Part shown: in pieces, positions 1-9,742 of the stretch
Layout: every line of letters starts with the position of its first letter
Position numbering within the stretch: position 1 is the stretch's first letter
Assembly (NCBI GenBank): GCA_016844925.1
Contig: JAERTI010000038.1
Coordinates: 2,936 to 66,935, forward strand
Reading direction: 5' to 3'
From: Candidatus Uhrbacteria bacterium
GTDB taxonomy: Bacteria > Patescibacteriota > Patescibacteriia > UBA9934 > GWF2-40-263
Length of the DNA stretch: 64,000 nt
Notes under the pieces: generated by a model
What the model was told of the DNA's origin: nothing
The model's database searches: none
The model's input: only the letters and a program-made list of their open reading frames with translations
Position numbers and translations under genes: made by a program

Positions 1-261
1 TTTGTGCATGCCCTGGCTACACACGATGGCCACCATGAAGTGGTTCGTGTCCTGGATGTCGGGGTCGAAGAACTCCTCGCCGTCGCAGATTTCGTCGGTG
101 CGTCCGTCGCTGTGGTCGCACCAGTAGATCCGGGGCTTGGCGTCTTGGAAGACCTCATCGAGGGCGTCATCGATGCGCTCGATGTACTCGGTCAGTCCAC
201 AGCGCTCTTCTTCTGGATCGCGGAGTTCTGCGGTCACAAACGCGATCTTGATCGTGCTCAT
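1..261 (-). CDS. Acidic orphan protein, runs off window start (MSTIKIAFVTAELRDPEEERC...)
   Basis: Hand-translated open frame from ATG at 261; G/C-ending codons like its neighbours; not in the ORF track because it is truncated. Confidence 0.65.
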   Translation of the reverse strand, partial: MSTIKIAFVTAELRDPEEERCGLTEYIERIDDALDEVFQDAKPRIYWCDHSDGRTDEICDGEEFFDPDIQDTNHFMVAIVCSQGMHK

Positions 262-350
262 GTCTGCTCTTTAGCCAGCCTTGCTGACATGCGCTCACTG
301 GTTATAGCCAGCTACTGTCCCTTGTTGGGGATACACGCGGTGTTGATAGT

Positions 351-394
351 AACCCTCACAGCCCACGAGGACCTCGTGAACTCTGAGGGTCAGG
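351..394 (-). repeat. Intergenic hairpin repeat, copy 1
   Basis: 41/44 nt identical to 861..904; 18-bp imperfect stem with 3-nt loop (352..390); G.U wobbles favour the minus strand. Confidence 0.9.
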
Positions 395-426
395 TCCGGC
401 GCAAGCGCTGGCCGGACCCAGGGGAG

Positions 427-774
427 CTAGGAGCTGACAACCCTGAGGTTGGGCTCGCCAGAATGGTCACTCATGGGGATGCCGCCGTCTCCGTCGGGAT
501 CCGTGATGGTGATCGTCTCCTTCTTGCTGTGGTAGAACTCGCCATCGAAGGGGAGGGCGTAGGCCTTGATCAGCTCCTTGTGGTCGGGGTTGTTCCCCGA
601 CAGGCGCGTGAACGCAGCCGTGAGGCCGGTCACGATCAGCCCGATGCTCAGGAATTCTCCCAGCAGGCTGTTGACCTGCGTCAGGAGGATCGCTCCGATG
701 ATGGCCATGAGGATCATGGTGGGCTTGATCAAGACGTTGATCTCGACTTCGCTCTCGGTGGTCGTCTCGGTCAT
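427..774 (-). CDS. Small membrane protein (two hydrophobic segments)
   Basis: MTETTT... preceded by GGAGAG; ILMAIIGAILL and FLSIGLIVTGL segments. Confidence 0.7.
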   Translation of the reverse strand: MTETTTESEVEINVLIKPTMILMAIIGAILLTQVNSLLGEFLSIGLIVTGLTAAFTRLSGNNPDHKELIKAYALPFDGEFYHSKKETITITDPDGDGGIPMSDHSGEPNLRVVSS

Positions 775-860
775 GTTCTCTCCGCCTCTCATTCAGGTAC
801 CGTCCTGAATTACTTGAACTCCCTTGCGGGCGCGAGGAGGATTGGTTGCGGGTTGGTGTT

Positions 861-904
861 AACCCTCACAGCCCACGAGGGACTCGTGGACTCTGAGGGT
901 CAGG
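861..904 (-). repeat. Intergenic hairpin repeat, copy 2
   Basis: Near-identical to 351..394; lies downstream of gene 983..1303. Confidence 0.9.
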
Positions 905-982
905 CTGCGCACGTCGTTTACGTTTGCAGCCAGCGTTCGCCAGGGAGGACCCTGGGTACTTGAGGTCTGTCTAGGTGCAGCG

Positions 983-1303
983 TCAACGATGAATCTTGCC
1001 GAGTTCCATGAACGCGAGGTCCATCTCTCCCGGATATTCCGGCCTGGTGACGACGATGCAGACGATCAGGAAGGCAGGGTCCCACGTATATCCGATGGCG
1101 CGGTCGTTCATCGGGTCGATGTTCCAGGAGCAGATATCGATGTCGTTCATCTTGACGGTGAACTGCTTGTTGTCCATCCAGCTGATCTCGAAGGTCTTCC
1201 CGTCGAGAGTCTTCGTCGTCTGCTGGCCCAGCTCGATGCTGAACTCTTCTTCCTCGAAGGAGTCGATGTGTCCATCGATCCGGATGGCGAGCTTGCTGGT
1301 CAT
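983..1303 (-). CDS. Orphan protein, 106 aa
   Basis: Protein-like composition, G/C-ending codons, co-oriented with the array. Confidence 0.7.
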   Translation of the reverse strand: MTSKLAIRIDGHIDSFEEEEFSIELGQQTTKTLDGKTFEISWMDNKQFTVKMNDIDICSWNIDPMNDRAIGYTWDPAFLIVCIVVTRPEYPGEMDLAFMELGKIHR

Positions 1304-1765
1304 GGTCGTTCTCTGGTGCCGAGTCTTCCTCGGCGTGCTCTCGCTGTCTTTACGCAGCGACGTCCCAGTGGGACACGAGCGGTTGGTGGTAGGTGCTAAC
1401 CCTCACGACCCGTCAGGCCACCTGTAATGTGTAACGACTGAGATTCTCCGAGGAGAGAGTCATTGAGTCGCCAAGTGTCGGTGTGCTCTGACGGGACATG
1501 AGGGTTGCCCGACGTGTGTCAGGCCGGTTGAAGACAAAGCCAGCGGGGGAGAACGCTGGCCGTGGCCCCAGAATAGATTGTCGAACTGTTTCGACCATCA
1601 CAGGGCAGAAGTGACTTCTGCACTCTGATGGTTACCCGTCGCAGCTTCAGAAGCTTTGACGGGCGGCCGGGCCGACACAGGTTCGGGAAGCATTCCCTAG
1701 CTGTGCCGGTCCGGCCCGTGTACCCCTACACCCATCCCACGGTCCCCAACCGCGGCGTCAGCTGT

Positions 1766-2527
1766 CTAGCTGGCGGCGGCCTCGGGGGCCTGCTCGTCCG
1801 CGTCGGTGGCCACGATGGGCTCCTCGGCGTCCGGGACGGGGGTGGCGGCGGCGTCGGCCTGCGCCTGCGCCTCCTTCTTGGCGGCGCGGTCGGCCTTGTC
1901 CTCGCCCATGGCGGCCTCGAACTGCTCCAGGAACTTCGCGCGGGGCTCGGCCGGGATGGTGTTCTCGGCGAGCCAGCGGAAGAGGCGCAGGTTGCGCCGG
2001 ACCAGCCGGGGCAGGTCCTTCTGGTGCAGCTCGCCCTTGCGGGGGGCGTTGAAGCCCGGGACCATCCAGCTGAGCAGGACCTCGGTCGCCTTGGGGCCCA
2101 GGCGCATGGGGCGGCCGGGGTTGCGGCCGCGCAGGAGCAGGGTGTCGGCGTCCTCCTTGCTGACGTCCTCGGCCCGGGCGTTCTGGCGGTCCTCGCGGTT
2201 GGCGTCCTTGAGCTCCTTGCAGAAGCCCTTGAACTGCTGGTCGCGCACCTTGGGGTTGCGGATGCGCTGGGCCAGCTCGACCTTCTTGGTCATCACGCCC
2301 ACCTCCATCATGCCGATGGCGGTGTGGACGCTGCCGGTCGCGAAGGTGAACAGCTCGCCGTACTGCTCGTCGTTGAGGCCGAACCAGTCCGCGTAGGTCG
2401 AGACGGCGATGCCGAGCTCGTTCTGCGTGGGCGGGAGCGGCCGACGGGTCTGCTGCGGGCGCTTGCCCTTGGGGTTCTTGGGGACGCTGCGGCGGGTCGG
2501 GACGGCGATGCGGTTGTCGGTGGTCAT
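1766..2527 (-). CDS. Orphan protein, 253 aa; basic N-terminus, Ala/acidic tail
   Basis: AAGGAG SD upstream of ATG; third codon positions almost all G/C. Confidence 0.8.
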   Translation of the reverse strand: MTTDNRIAVPTRRSVPKNPKGKRPQQTRRPLPPTQNELGIAVSTYADWFGLNDEQYGELFTFATGSVHTAIGMMEVGVMTKKVELAQRIRNPKVRDQQFKGFCKELKDANREDRQNARAEDVSKEDADTLLLRGRNPGRPMRLGPKATEVLLSWMVPGFNAPRKGELHQKDLPRLVRRNLRLFRWLAENTIPAEPRAKFLEQFEAAMGEDKADRAAKKEAQAQADAAATPVPDAEEPIVATDADEQAPEAAAS

Positions 2528-2769
2528 GGTCAGTCTCCTTCAAGACGTCTTTCTAGATGTTCGTCACACGGACTGGGCTGCGGATGCAGCTCAGGACCTT
2601 CCGTGTCATCTAGATACCTGCGGCTGGCAGGTGAGTGGTGTAGAACATGGGATGAGTCAACTCGCCGACGATAGGCGAGTGTAGGTAGAAGATGTATCCC
2701 TCACGAAGGATCAGCGTGTGATCTTCCGTGAGGGATCCTCGACGCGAGCGGTGCGTCGAGGGCTCCTGA

Positions 2770-2904
2770 TCAGTTGCCGAGGGCGCCGCCGATGACGTCG
2801 ATCGCAGGCATGGCCTGCAGGATCGACGTTCCACCGATGCTGCCCATGAGCAGCGCGGGGCCGCACAGGGCGATGATCAGAAGCAGCTTGAGCCTTTTGC
2901 TCAT
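2770..2904 (-). CDS. 44-aa hydrophobic peptide (MSKRLKLLLIIALCGPALLMGSIGGTSILQAMPAIDVIGGALGN)
   Basis: Hand-translated; CAGGAGG SD upstream; same codon bias as the array; below ORF-track cut-off. Confidence 0.7.
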   Translation of the reverse strand: MSKRLKLLLIIALCGPALLMGSIGGTSILQAMPAIDVIGGALGN

Positions 2905-3132
2905 GGGTGCCTCCTGGTTGATTCCCTAGAAGGTCACAAGTAGAACTTATGAACTTGTAGGGATGGACGACGCAGTTCTCGCGTTGAGTGTGAACTACGT
3001 CGCCCCGTCCTGGTGCCTTCTCGGCATGGAGGCTCTGCTTCCTCTAGGCTCACCAGTACGTAGGTGACAACGTGCACGTTTTATGAAGCTAGACTTGCTT
3101 CAACCCACTGTCATGGGATCTGGTTGTTGGTC

Positions 3133-4551
3133 CTACCGCAGGGGCAGGCCCAGGCTCCGACGCAGGTCGTTGGCCGTCTCCATCTTGGGGGCCTCCTCCT
3201 GCCGGCGCATCTCCCGCTGCTTCCACGCCAGGTGGTTCTTCTGGCGCTGCTGACCCTGGTGGACCAGGCGGCCGATCTGGCGGAGCGGCACCGTGTGCAG
3301 CAGGTTCTTGGCCTCGGCCTCCCACACGGGGATGGCCTTGTCCTTGAGCTCCTGCACGGTGGTGCGGTGGGTGCCGGCGGCGTCGTGGAGGCTCGTCCAC
3401 TCCAGCTCCGTCTTCTGCCGCTTGCTGTACAGCTCGCGGAAGGTCCGGGCGTCGGCGGCGCTGAGCTGCACCACGAAGCGGGTCGACCGGTGGCCGTCGC
3501 GGATGATGGGGTTGGTGCCGCCGAGGCTGGTCTCCCAGCGCTCGAGCTGCTCCATCATCCGGTCGCGGGTCTCCGTGAAGGAGAAGGACCGCATCCGCTT
3601 GTTGTGGTGACCCTTGATCCGGACGACCTTGTGCAGGTGCCAGACCTCCACGTGCTTGCTGTCCAGGGCCCGCTTGATGTCGGCGAACCCGGGGACGCGA
3701 GCGGAGGTCTCGAGGACCCGCTGACCGCAGCCGCAGCTGCAGATCAGCGCCAGGCCGTGCGGGGTCTCCACGCGGCCGAGCCAGTCGGCGCCGGCGGGGC
3801 GGGTGGCCGTGACAGCGGCCGGGTTGTTGGCGCGATCCGCGCGCCGGCGGCGGGGCGGGATGCCCTTGGTCGGCTTGCGGGCGGCCTCGACCTTGGCCTG
3901 GAGCTCGCCCGCCTCGTCGAAGAGGCGGTCGAAGCCGTAGTCGGCGGGGTTCTCACCCAGCTCGATGACGGCGTCCACGGCGGTCTTGATGACCCCGATG
4001 ACCTCCGGCCCGGACTCGGCGACCTTGGAGGCGCTCAGGCCGTGCACCTTCACCAGCTCGTGGCTGGCGAACGCGAGCACGAGCTCGTGCGCCTCGACGA
4101 CGGACTCGACGGCCTGGGGCGAGCGGCAGGTCTGGCCGTTGACGACGACGTGGAAGTCGCTCGCCTCGTGCCAGCTGTCGTCGTACTCGGGCTCCTCGAA
4201 GTCGGTCTCCAGCTCCACGGGGGCGCTGTCGAACTCGAGCTCGCTGTCCTCGTCGTCGAAGTCGACCCAGTCCTGGTCGTCCTCGTCGCCGGAGTCCATC
4301 TCGCCCTCGCTCGACCAGTCCCGCGCCATCATGGAGGTGATGAAGTCCTCGGTGATGGTCTCGGCGGTGGCGAAGTTCGAGCCGTAGTGGCTCAGCCGCG
4401 CCCGCTCCTGGGCCATGTCGTCCGAGCTCACCAGGCCGAGGTTCTCCAGCGCCATGTCGTCCCAGTCCGGCGAGTTGGCGTCTCCGATGATGGGGAGGCC
4501 GTACTCGTCGAGGTGGAGCTCGCGGGCGCTCTCGGTGCTCAGGTTCAGCAT
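3133..4551 (-). CDS. Orphan protein, 472 aa; acidic N-terminal tract, CSCGCG motif, helical C-terminus
   Basis: Long ORF with extreme G/C third positions; GAGG upstream. Confidence 0.8.
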   Translation of the reverse strand: MLNLSTESARELHLDEYGLPIIGDANSPDWDDMALENLGLVSSDDMAQERARLSHYGSNFATAETITEDFITSMMARDWSSEGEMDSGDEDDQDWVDFDDEDSELEFDSAPVELETDFEEPEYDDSWHEASDFHVVVNGQTCRSPQAVESVVEAHELVLAFASHELVKVHGLSASKVAESGPEVIGVIKTAVDAVIELGENPADYGFDRLFDEAGELQAKVEAARKPTKGIPPRRRRADRANNPAAVTATRPAGADWLGRVETPHGLALICSCGCGQRVLETSARVPGFADIKRALDSKHVEVWHLHKVVRIKGHHNKRMRSFSFTETRDRMMEQLERWETSLGGTNPIIRDGHRSTRFVVQLSAADARTFRELYSKRQKTELEWTSLHDAAGTHRTTVQELKDKAIPVWEAEAKNLLHTVPLRQIGRLVHQGQQRQKNHLAWKQREMRRQEEAPKMETANDLRRSLGLPLR

Positions 4552-4859
4552 GTGTCAGTCCTCTCGACGTCTCGCGACGTCAGTGCAGTGCGCCCACCCG
4601 CTGGTGAGCAGGGGGTGGGGAAGGTTTCCGCTTGCTCTCGCTTGCGGAAGTCAGGGGGGTAGGGGTTGTGATGTGCTCGTTTCTCGGAAGACGTTGCACA
4701 GTCGCTTGAGAGGTGACTCTCAGTCGGCTGTGCAGCATCTTCGTCCTGCAGAGGGACTCAAGCATGGATGAGTCTCTCTGGTGGACGGACGAGAGCAGCG
4801 GCGTAGCGGCTCTCGTCAAGTTGTGCCCTCGAGGTGTCCATGCTCGAGAGTCCCGTCGC

Positions 4860-5033
4860 CTACCCCAGGAAGGGGATGGCGAGGGCGAGCACGGGGACGC
4901 CGGCGACGATCGCGAGTCCGCCGACGTCGACGCGGAAGGCGGCGGCGCGGGCGATGGTCTCGGTGTCGTCGGTGCTGTAGTTGGGGTTGACGACGCAGCG
5001 GGCGAAGGCGAGGGCGGTGCGGATGGCGTTCAT
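4860..5033 (-). CDS. 57-aa peptide with hydrophobic C-terminus (MNAIRTALAF...LALAIPFLG)
   Basis: Hand-translated; CAGGAG SD upstream; C-ending codons. Confidence 0.7.
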   Translation of the reverse strand: MNAIRTALAFARCVVNPNYSTDDTETIARAAAFRVDVGGLAIVAGVPVLALAIPFLG

Positions 5034-5599
5034 GTCGATCTCCTGGGTGTGGTCTGTCGCGGGTGCGACTCTGGTCGGAGGGTTCAGTTCCGATGCAGGA
5101 ATTCGGAGAAGATGATCTCAGTGACCGGCTAGAGCCAGGTGTGGGATCCAGGTCATCTAGATATGGGTCAAGTAAGCCGGGGCCTAGTTGATCCATTTGA
5201 TGATCTGTACTCTCTCCTCCGTATTTCTGCACCGGAGCATCTCGACAACTTGCTGGAGGTAGGGGTGAGGCAGTGATCTAGCCAAGGCTCGATATGCTTC
5301 GTGATCGCAGGTTGTGTGGATTGAGTCAGTTAGACCGAGTCAATCCGCTTAGCGATCCACGCCAGGCTTCCCTTGTTAGGGTCGAACTGGACGTGTGACT
5401 CTCTCCTCCAACAAGTTGGCGGGATAAAAGAAAACCGGTTGCTATGCGCATCTTCTGTGGAGATACGTACAACAACCGGCTCTAGATCACTTAAGATCTA
5501 GTCCTTCTGCTCGAGCTAGGCTCGATGTACTCTCTCCCCAGAGAATATTTAGTTGTAGTGTTCGAGAAGCTCTCTCTTTCTTCTCAACCTTGTGCATGC

Positions 5600-5628
5600 A
5601 TACTATCACTTTTTGTCAGATATGTCAA
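5600..5628 (-). promoter_or_regulatory. Sigma70-type promoter for the leftward array
   Basis: TTGACA-N17-TAGTAT on the minus strand. Confidence 0.7.
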
Positions 5629-5768
5629 GACTAGATAGGGGCTATGTATCAATATCTTGACTAAATTTAGTAAAATAGAGCTGTCTAGATTCTGTTAACA
5701 TAGGTGAACATTGTGCGGTACTTTTAATCACAGGTGCGATATCGGGAGTCTGATATAATAAAAGAGCT

Positions 5769-6719
5769 ATGAATGCTTTTTCTTCCGTCATGGGCCACGA
5801 CAGGGCCATTACTTTGCTTTCAAAGATGCTCGAGCACGGCACAATCCCACACGCTTTTCTTTTTGTGGGCGCTCGGGGTCTTGGGAGGACTACGGTAGCC
5901 AAGGCATTAATAGGAGAGCTACTAGGACAACAGGTCTCAATGGATCTCCATCCAGACGTGCACACCCTCCAGGTGCTTAGCGACGAGAAAACGGGGAAAC
6001 TCAAAAAGAACATCTCCGTGGAGCAGGTGCGCGAGCTTAACGGGCGCATTGCCATGACATCATTGTCAGGCTCTTGGAAGATTGTTTGGATCGAAGAAGC
6101 AGAGAAGCTCTCTATGGGGGCAGCAAACGCCTTGCTCAAGACGCTTGAGGAACCAAAAGGCCAGACACTCTTTATTCTTCGAGCACCAGAAGTTGATCAG
6201 CTCCCGGCAACCGTTGTGTCTCGTTGTCAAACAGTACGATTCTCAACCGTTGCCCGTCAGGATATTGTTGATGGACTTGTGCGACTGGGATTTGCCCCAT
6301 CGGATGCAAGCCGCGCTGCTGCCAGGAGCATGGGGCGTCCAGGGCTCGCTCTGAGGTACTTAAAGGATACGGCGTATCGCTCGCTGAACGAGACTGGGGT
6401 GGCACAGGCACAGGCCTTTCTTTCTGCGGGCTTGCCAGAGCGTCTTGCACAGGTTCTGGAGATGATCCCCAAGGCAGAGGTCAACAAGATGGGGCGGCTA
6501 AGTGAAGTGGTTGATCAGCTGCAGCTCGTTTGCCGAGATCGACTTCTAGATTCCGTTGGTTGCTCTTCACTTTGTGTGACCGAAGAAACGTCAGGTCTAA
6601 AAGGACTCACACAAGCTGATGTGATTGTTGTATTGGATCGACTCGCACAAGTTCGCTCTGCTATTTCACAAAATATCAATCCTCATTTGGCACTAGAGCA
6701 TGTGGCTCTTAGTGCATAA
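5769..6719 (+). CDS. holB: DNA polymerase III delta' subunit
   Basis: HAFLFVG, HPDV, AANALLKTLEEP and SRC motifs. Confidence 0.9.
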   Translation: MNAFSSVMGHDRAITLLSKMLEHGTIPHAFLFVGARGLGRTTVAKALIGELLGQQVSMDLHPDVHTLQVLSDEKTGKLKKNISVEQVRELNGRIAMTSLSGSWKIVWIEEAEKLSMGAANALLKTLEEPKGQTLFILRAPEVDQLPATVVSRCQTVRFSTVARQDIVDGLVRLGFAPSDASRAAARSMGRPGLALRYLKDTAYRSLNETGVAQAQAFLSAGLPERLAQVLEMIPKAEVNKMGRLSEVVDQLQLVCRDRLLDSVGCSSLCVTEETSGLKGLTQADVIVVLDRLAQVRSAISQNINPHLALEHVALSA

Positions 6720-6729
6720 ACAACATTTT

Positions 6730-7779
6730 ATGAAACGTCTTTCCATCATTGCTCTTTCCTTGGTCCTGCTGGGTGCGGGATGTCTTGGGGGCTCTAGCGG
6801 CAGCACCGGTACGGATGCTGGTGTATTTAAAAGCATTAACGCTGGTGAAGAGTGGGCGCAGCACGTTATTGTGCCAACCGCACAAGGTATCGGCACACTG
6901 GCCACCACCAACATTTTGCACATGGCCATGGATCCGCAAGATAACAATTTTCTTTACATAGCTACTCGTGGCAACGGAATGCTCTACAGTGAAGATGCAG
7001 GTGCATCTTGGCGACAGGTGAGAGATAAGGAGTTGCAGAGCGGTACGATCTCGCATGTGGCCATTGATAGTAAGGATGTTTGTACGGTGTATGTCGCCAC
7101 GGGCTCTCGTCTATTCAGGACAGATGATTGCATGCGCAGCTTTGATTCTGAGACGTATGTCGATAACCGCGGGGAGACGATTACACGCGTTGCTGTGGAT
7201 TGGTATGATAATGACAACGTCTGGATTGGGATGAGTAACGGAGATGTGCTTAAGAGTGAAGATGCCGGAAACACATGGAGAACAGTGCTTAATACAGGTC
7301 AAACGGTAGTGGCATTCTTGATGTCTAACACAGATTCTCGCCAGGTGATGGTTGCAACAGGACGAAAAGGAATCTGGAAGACAACGGATGCCGGAAGTAA
7401 CTGGTCTTCATTAGAAGAGGGACTTGATGAGTATAACGACGGAGATAATGTGTATTCACTTGTGCAGTCCGCCGATTCCGGAGTGGTCATTGCTGCCACA
7501 GAGTACGGACTACTGCGCTCACGAGATTTTGGAGAGAGCTGGGAGGCCGTTGAGCTTGTGACATCGCCAGGGCAGGTGGAGATTCGAGCTGTTGCTGTGA
7601 ACGAAAGAAATCCAGACCTGATCTACTACGCTGCTAACGCCACCTATTACTATTCTCAAGATGGTGGTTCCACATGGCTGACAGAGCGCTTGGCAACGAC
7701 GCGTACACCAACCGTGCTCTTGGTTGACCCAGAGGACTCAGCGGTGTTATATGTCGCCGTAGCTAATCTAGAAGATTAA
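6730..7779 (+). CDS. BNR/YCF48-like beta-propeller lipoprotein
   Basis: LLGAGC lipobox; repeated SxDxGxxW Asp-boxes. Confidence 0.8.
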   Translation: MKRLSIIALSLVLLGAGCLGGSSGSTGTDAGVFKSINAGEEWAQHVIVPTAQGIGTLATTNILHMAMDPQDNNFLYIATRGNGMLYSEDAGASWRQVRDKELQSGTISHVAIDSKDVCTVYVATGSRLFRTDDCMRSFDSETYVDNRGETITRVAVDWYDNDNVWIGMSNGDVLKSEDAGNTWRTVLNTGQTVVAFLMSNTDSRQVMVATGRKGIWKTTDAGSNWSSLEEGLDEYNDGDNVYSLVQSADSGVVIAATEYGLLRSRDFGESWEAVELVTSPGQVEIRAVAVNERNPDLIYYAANATYYYSQDGGSTWLTERLATTRTPTVLLVDPEDSAVLYVAVANLED

Positions 7780-7801
7780 TCGTGAAAAACTCGCCAATAC
7801 T

Positions 7802-8356
7802 ATGCATCCAATCCTTTCACAGAAACGTCCAGACTATCAGTCAGCTGTTGATCATTTGCACAAGGAGTTAGGGGCTCTTCGCACAGGTCGAGCAACACCG
7901 GCGCTCGTTGAGGATATTCCCGTTAGTGCCTATGACTCCATTATGGAGATTAAGGGTCTGGCTTCGATTCAATCGCAGGATGCTAAGACACTCGTCATTG
8001 ACCCGTGGGACAAGGGGCTTACAAGAAACATTGAGAAGGGGATTCGCGATGCAGGCGTTGGCTTGAGTCCTGTTGTTGATGGGGAGGTGATTCGTATTGT
8101 CATGCCACCAATGACCGAGGAGAATCGCGCGCAGATGGTGAAGAAGATGAAGGAGTTTCTTGAGGAGGCAAAGATTCGTATTCGCGGCGTGCGAGAGGAT
8201 GGGCGTGACCAGGTGAACAAGATGGAAAAAGAGAAGGAGATTAGTGAAGATGAGAAGTACAAGCTGTTTGATGAGTTCGATAAGATGACGAAGGAGTTCA
8301 CCAATGAGGTGGATCAGATTGGAAAAACAAAGGAAGAAGAAATAATGACGGTGTAG
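7802..8356 (+). CDS. frr: Ribosome recycling factor
   Basis: [14 protein letters not shown] motifs; 184 aa. Confidence 0.97.
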   Translation: MHPILSQKRPDYQSAVDHLHKELGALRTGRATPALVEDIPVSAYDSIMEIKGLASIQSQDAKTLVIDPWDKGLTRNIEKGIRDAGVGLSPVVDGEVIRIVMPPMTEENRAQMVKKMKEFLEEAKIRIRGVREDGRDQVNKMEKEKEISEDEKYKLFDEFDKMTKEFTNEVDQIGKTKEEEIMTV

Positions 8357-8357
8357 T

Positions 8358-9734
8358 ATGGCTGAGACAAACGTAACAATGGAAAAAATCGTTGCCCTCG
8401 CAAAACAGCGAGGGTTCGTGTATCCAGGTTCGGCAATTTACGGCGGACTCGCAAACAGTTGGGACTTTGGTCCTCTGGGAGCGCAGATGCGCATGAATAT
8501 TAAGACGGACTGGTGGAAGCGGTTTGTTGAATCTCGACCCGACATGGTTGGGCTTGACGGAGCCATCTTGATGAACCCTCGTGTCTGGGAAGCGTCTGGC
8601 CACGTTGCGGGTTTCAGTGATCCACTCGTCGAGGATGTGAAGACACACAAACGCTACCGCGCCGATCATCTTATTGAAGAAGCGACGGGGGAGTCTGTTG
8701 ATGGTTGGTCTCTCGATCAGATCGCTGGAAAGCTTAAAGAACTAGAGCTCAAGAGTCCTGAGGGGAACGCACTGACCGAGCCCAAGGCGTTTAACTTGAT
8801 GTTTGAGACAGCCATCGGAAAGACAGAGGAGAGCAAAGCGAACGTCTACCTTCGTCCTGAGACGGCACAGGCGATCTTTGTGAACTTTAAGCATGTGCTG
8901 GATTCAACACGAAAGAGGATTCCGTTTGGTATTGCTCAGATCGGAAAAGCGTTTCGTAATGAGATTACGCCAGGAAACTTTATCTTCCGGACGCTCGAGT
9001 TTGAGCAGATGGAGATTGAGTATTTTATTGAAGAAGAGGGTTGGGAGGCGCACATTGAGAAATGGGCTGACGATATGGAGGCTTGGGCTGAGTCTATTGG
9101 TATCGATGGGGATCGATTGCATCGACTAGAAGTTCCAGAGGAGAGCTTGGCTCACTACTCAAAGAGAACCATTGATTTTGAATTCGCATTCCCATTTGGA
9201 ACCAAGGAGTTGTGGGGATTGGCTTATCGAACGGATTTTGATCTCGGGAATCATCAGGAGCACTCGGGTGAGAACCTTCGCTATGTAGATCCAAACGACA
9301 ATACACGAAAGATTGTTCCGCATGTTGTCGAGCCATCCATGGGAGTCGATCGCACGCTTCTGGCTGTTCTGCTCAGTGCGTACGATGAAGAAGAAGTGAA
9401 TGGTGACAAGCGTGTCGTGATGCGTTTTAAGCCGCACATGGCTCCATATCAAATCGCTGTACTCCCACTTTCAAAGAAAGAAGAACTTCAGGCTGGTGCA
9501 CGCCCAGTGTTTGAGGCCCTCGCTCCGCACTGGCGCGTAGACTACGACGAGACACAGTCCATTGGTAAGCGTTACCGACGTCAGGATGAGATTGGAACGC
9601 CGTATTGTGTAACCGTTGATTTTGATTCGCTGGAAGATAAGGCGGTCACCATTCGTGATCGCGATACCATGGAGCAGGTACGTGTACCTATTGCCGAGCT
9701 GGAACGTTGGTTCGCAGAGAAGTTGTCTATTTAA
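8358..9734 (+). CDS. glyQS: Glycine--tRNA ligase (homodimeric type)
   Basis: [38 protein letters not shown]. Confidence 0.97.
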   Translation: MAETNVTMEKIVALAKQRGFVYPGSAIYGGLANSWDFGPLGAQMRMNIKTDWWKRFVESRPDMVGLDGAILMNPRVWEASGHVAGFSDPLVEDVKTHKRYRADHLIEEATGESVDGWSLDQIAGKLKELELKSPEGNALTEPKAFNLMFETAIGKTEESKANVYLRPETAQAIFVNFKHVLDSTRKRIPFGIAQIGKAFRNEITPGNFIFRTLEFEQMEIEYFIEEEGWEAHIEKWADDMEAWAESIGIDGDRLHRLEVPEESLAHYSKRTIDFEFAFPFGTKELWGLAYRTDFDLGNHQEHSGENLRYVDPNDNTRKIVPHVVEPSMGVDRTLLAVLLSAYDEEEVNGDKRVVMRFKPHMAPYQIAVLPLSKKEELQAGARPVFEALAPHWRVDYDETQSIGKRYRRQDEIGTPYCVTVDFDSLEDKAVTIRDRDTMEQVRVPIAELERWFAEKLSI

Positions 9735-9742
9735 GAAGACAT

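Noticed and set aside
351-904. CRISPR array
   Set aside because: Only two near-identical copies, 510 nt apart and separated by a gene; no cas genes seen
351-1632. Integron attC array
   Set aside because: AAC/GTT-like ends are present, but most stems are ~40 nt and continuously paired, lacking the R/L boxes with an unpaired central spacer; no integrase in the window. Not fully excluded.
4-4662. Long plus-strand ORFs (4..963, 1628..2674, 3064..4662)
   Set aside because: Antisense shadows of G/C-biased minus-strand genes; no SD and implausible composition
4816-5232. 138-aa minus-strand ORF from the track
   Set aside because: Out of frame with the better-supported 57-aa ORF and Arg/Pro-rich, typical of a shadow frame
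1-5628. Prophage or chimeric assembly
   Set aside because: No phage hallmark genes in view; the same gene style recurs throughout the window with clean promoter/terminator boundaries. The left flank is unseen, so this remains possible.
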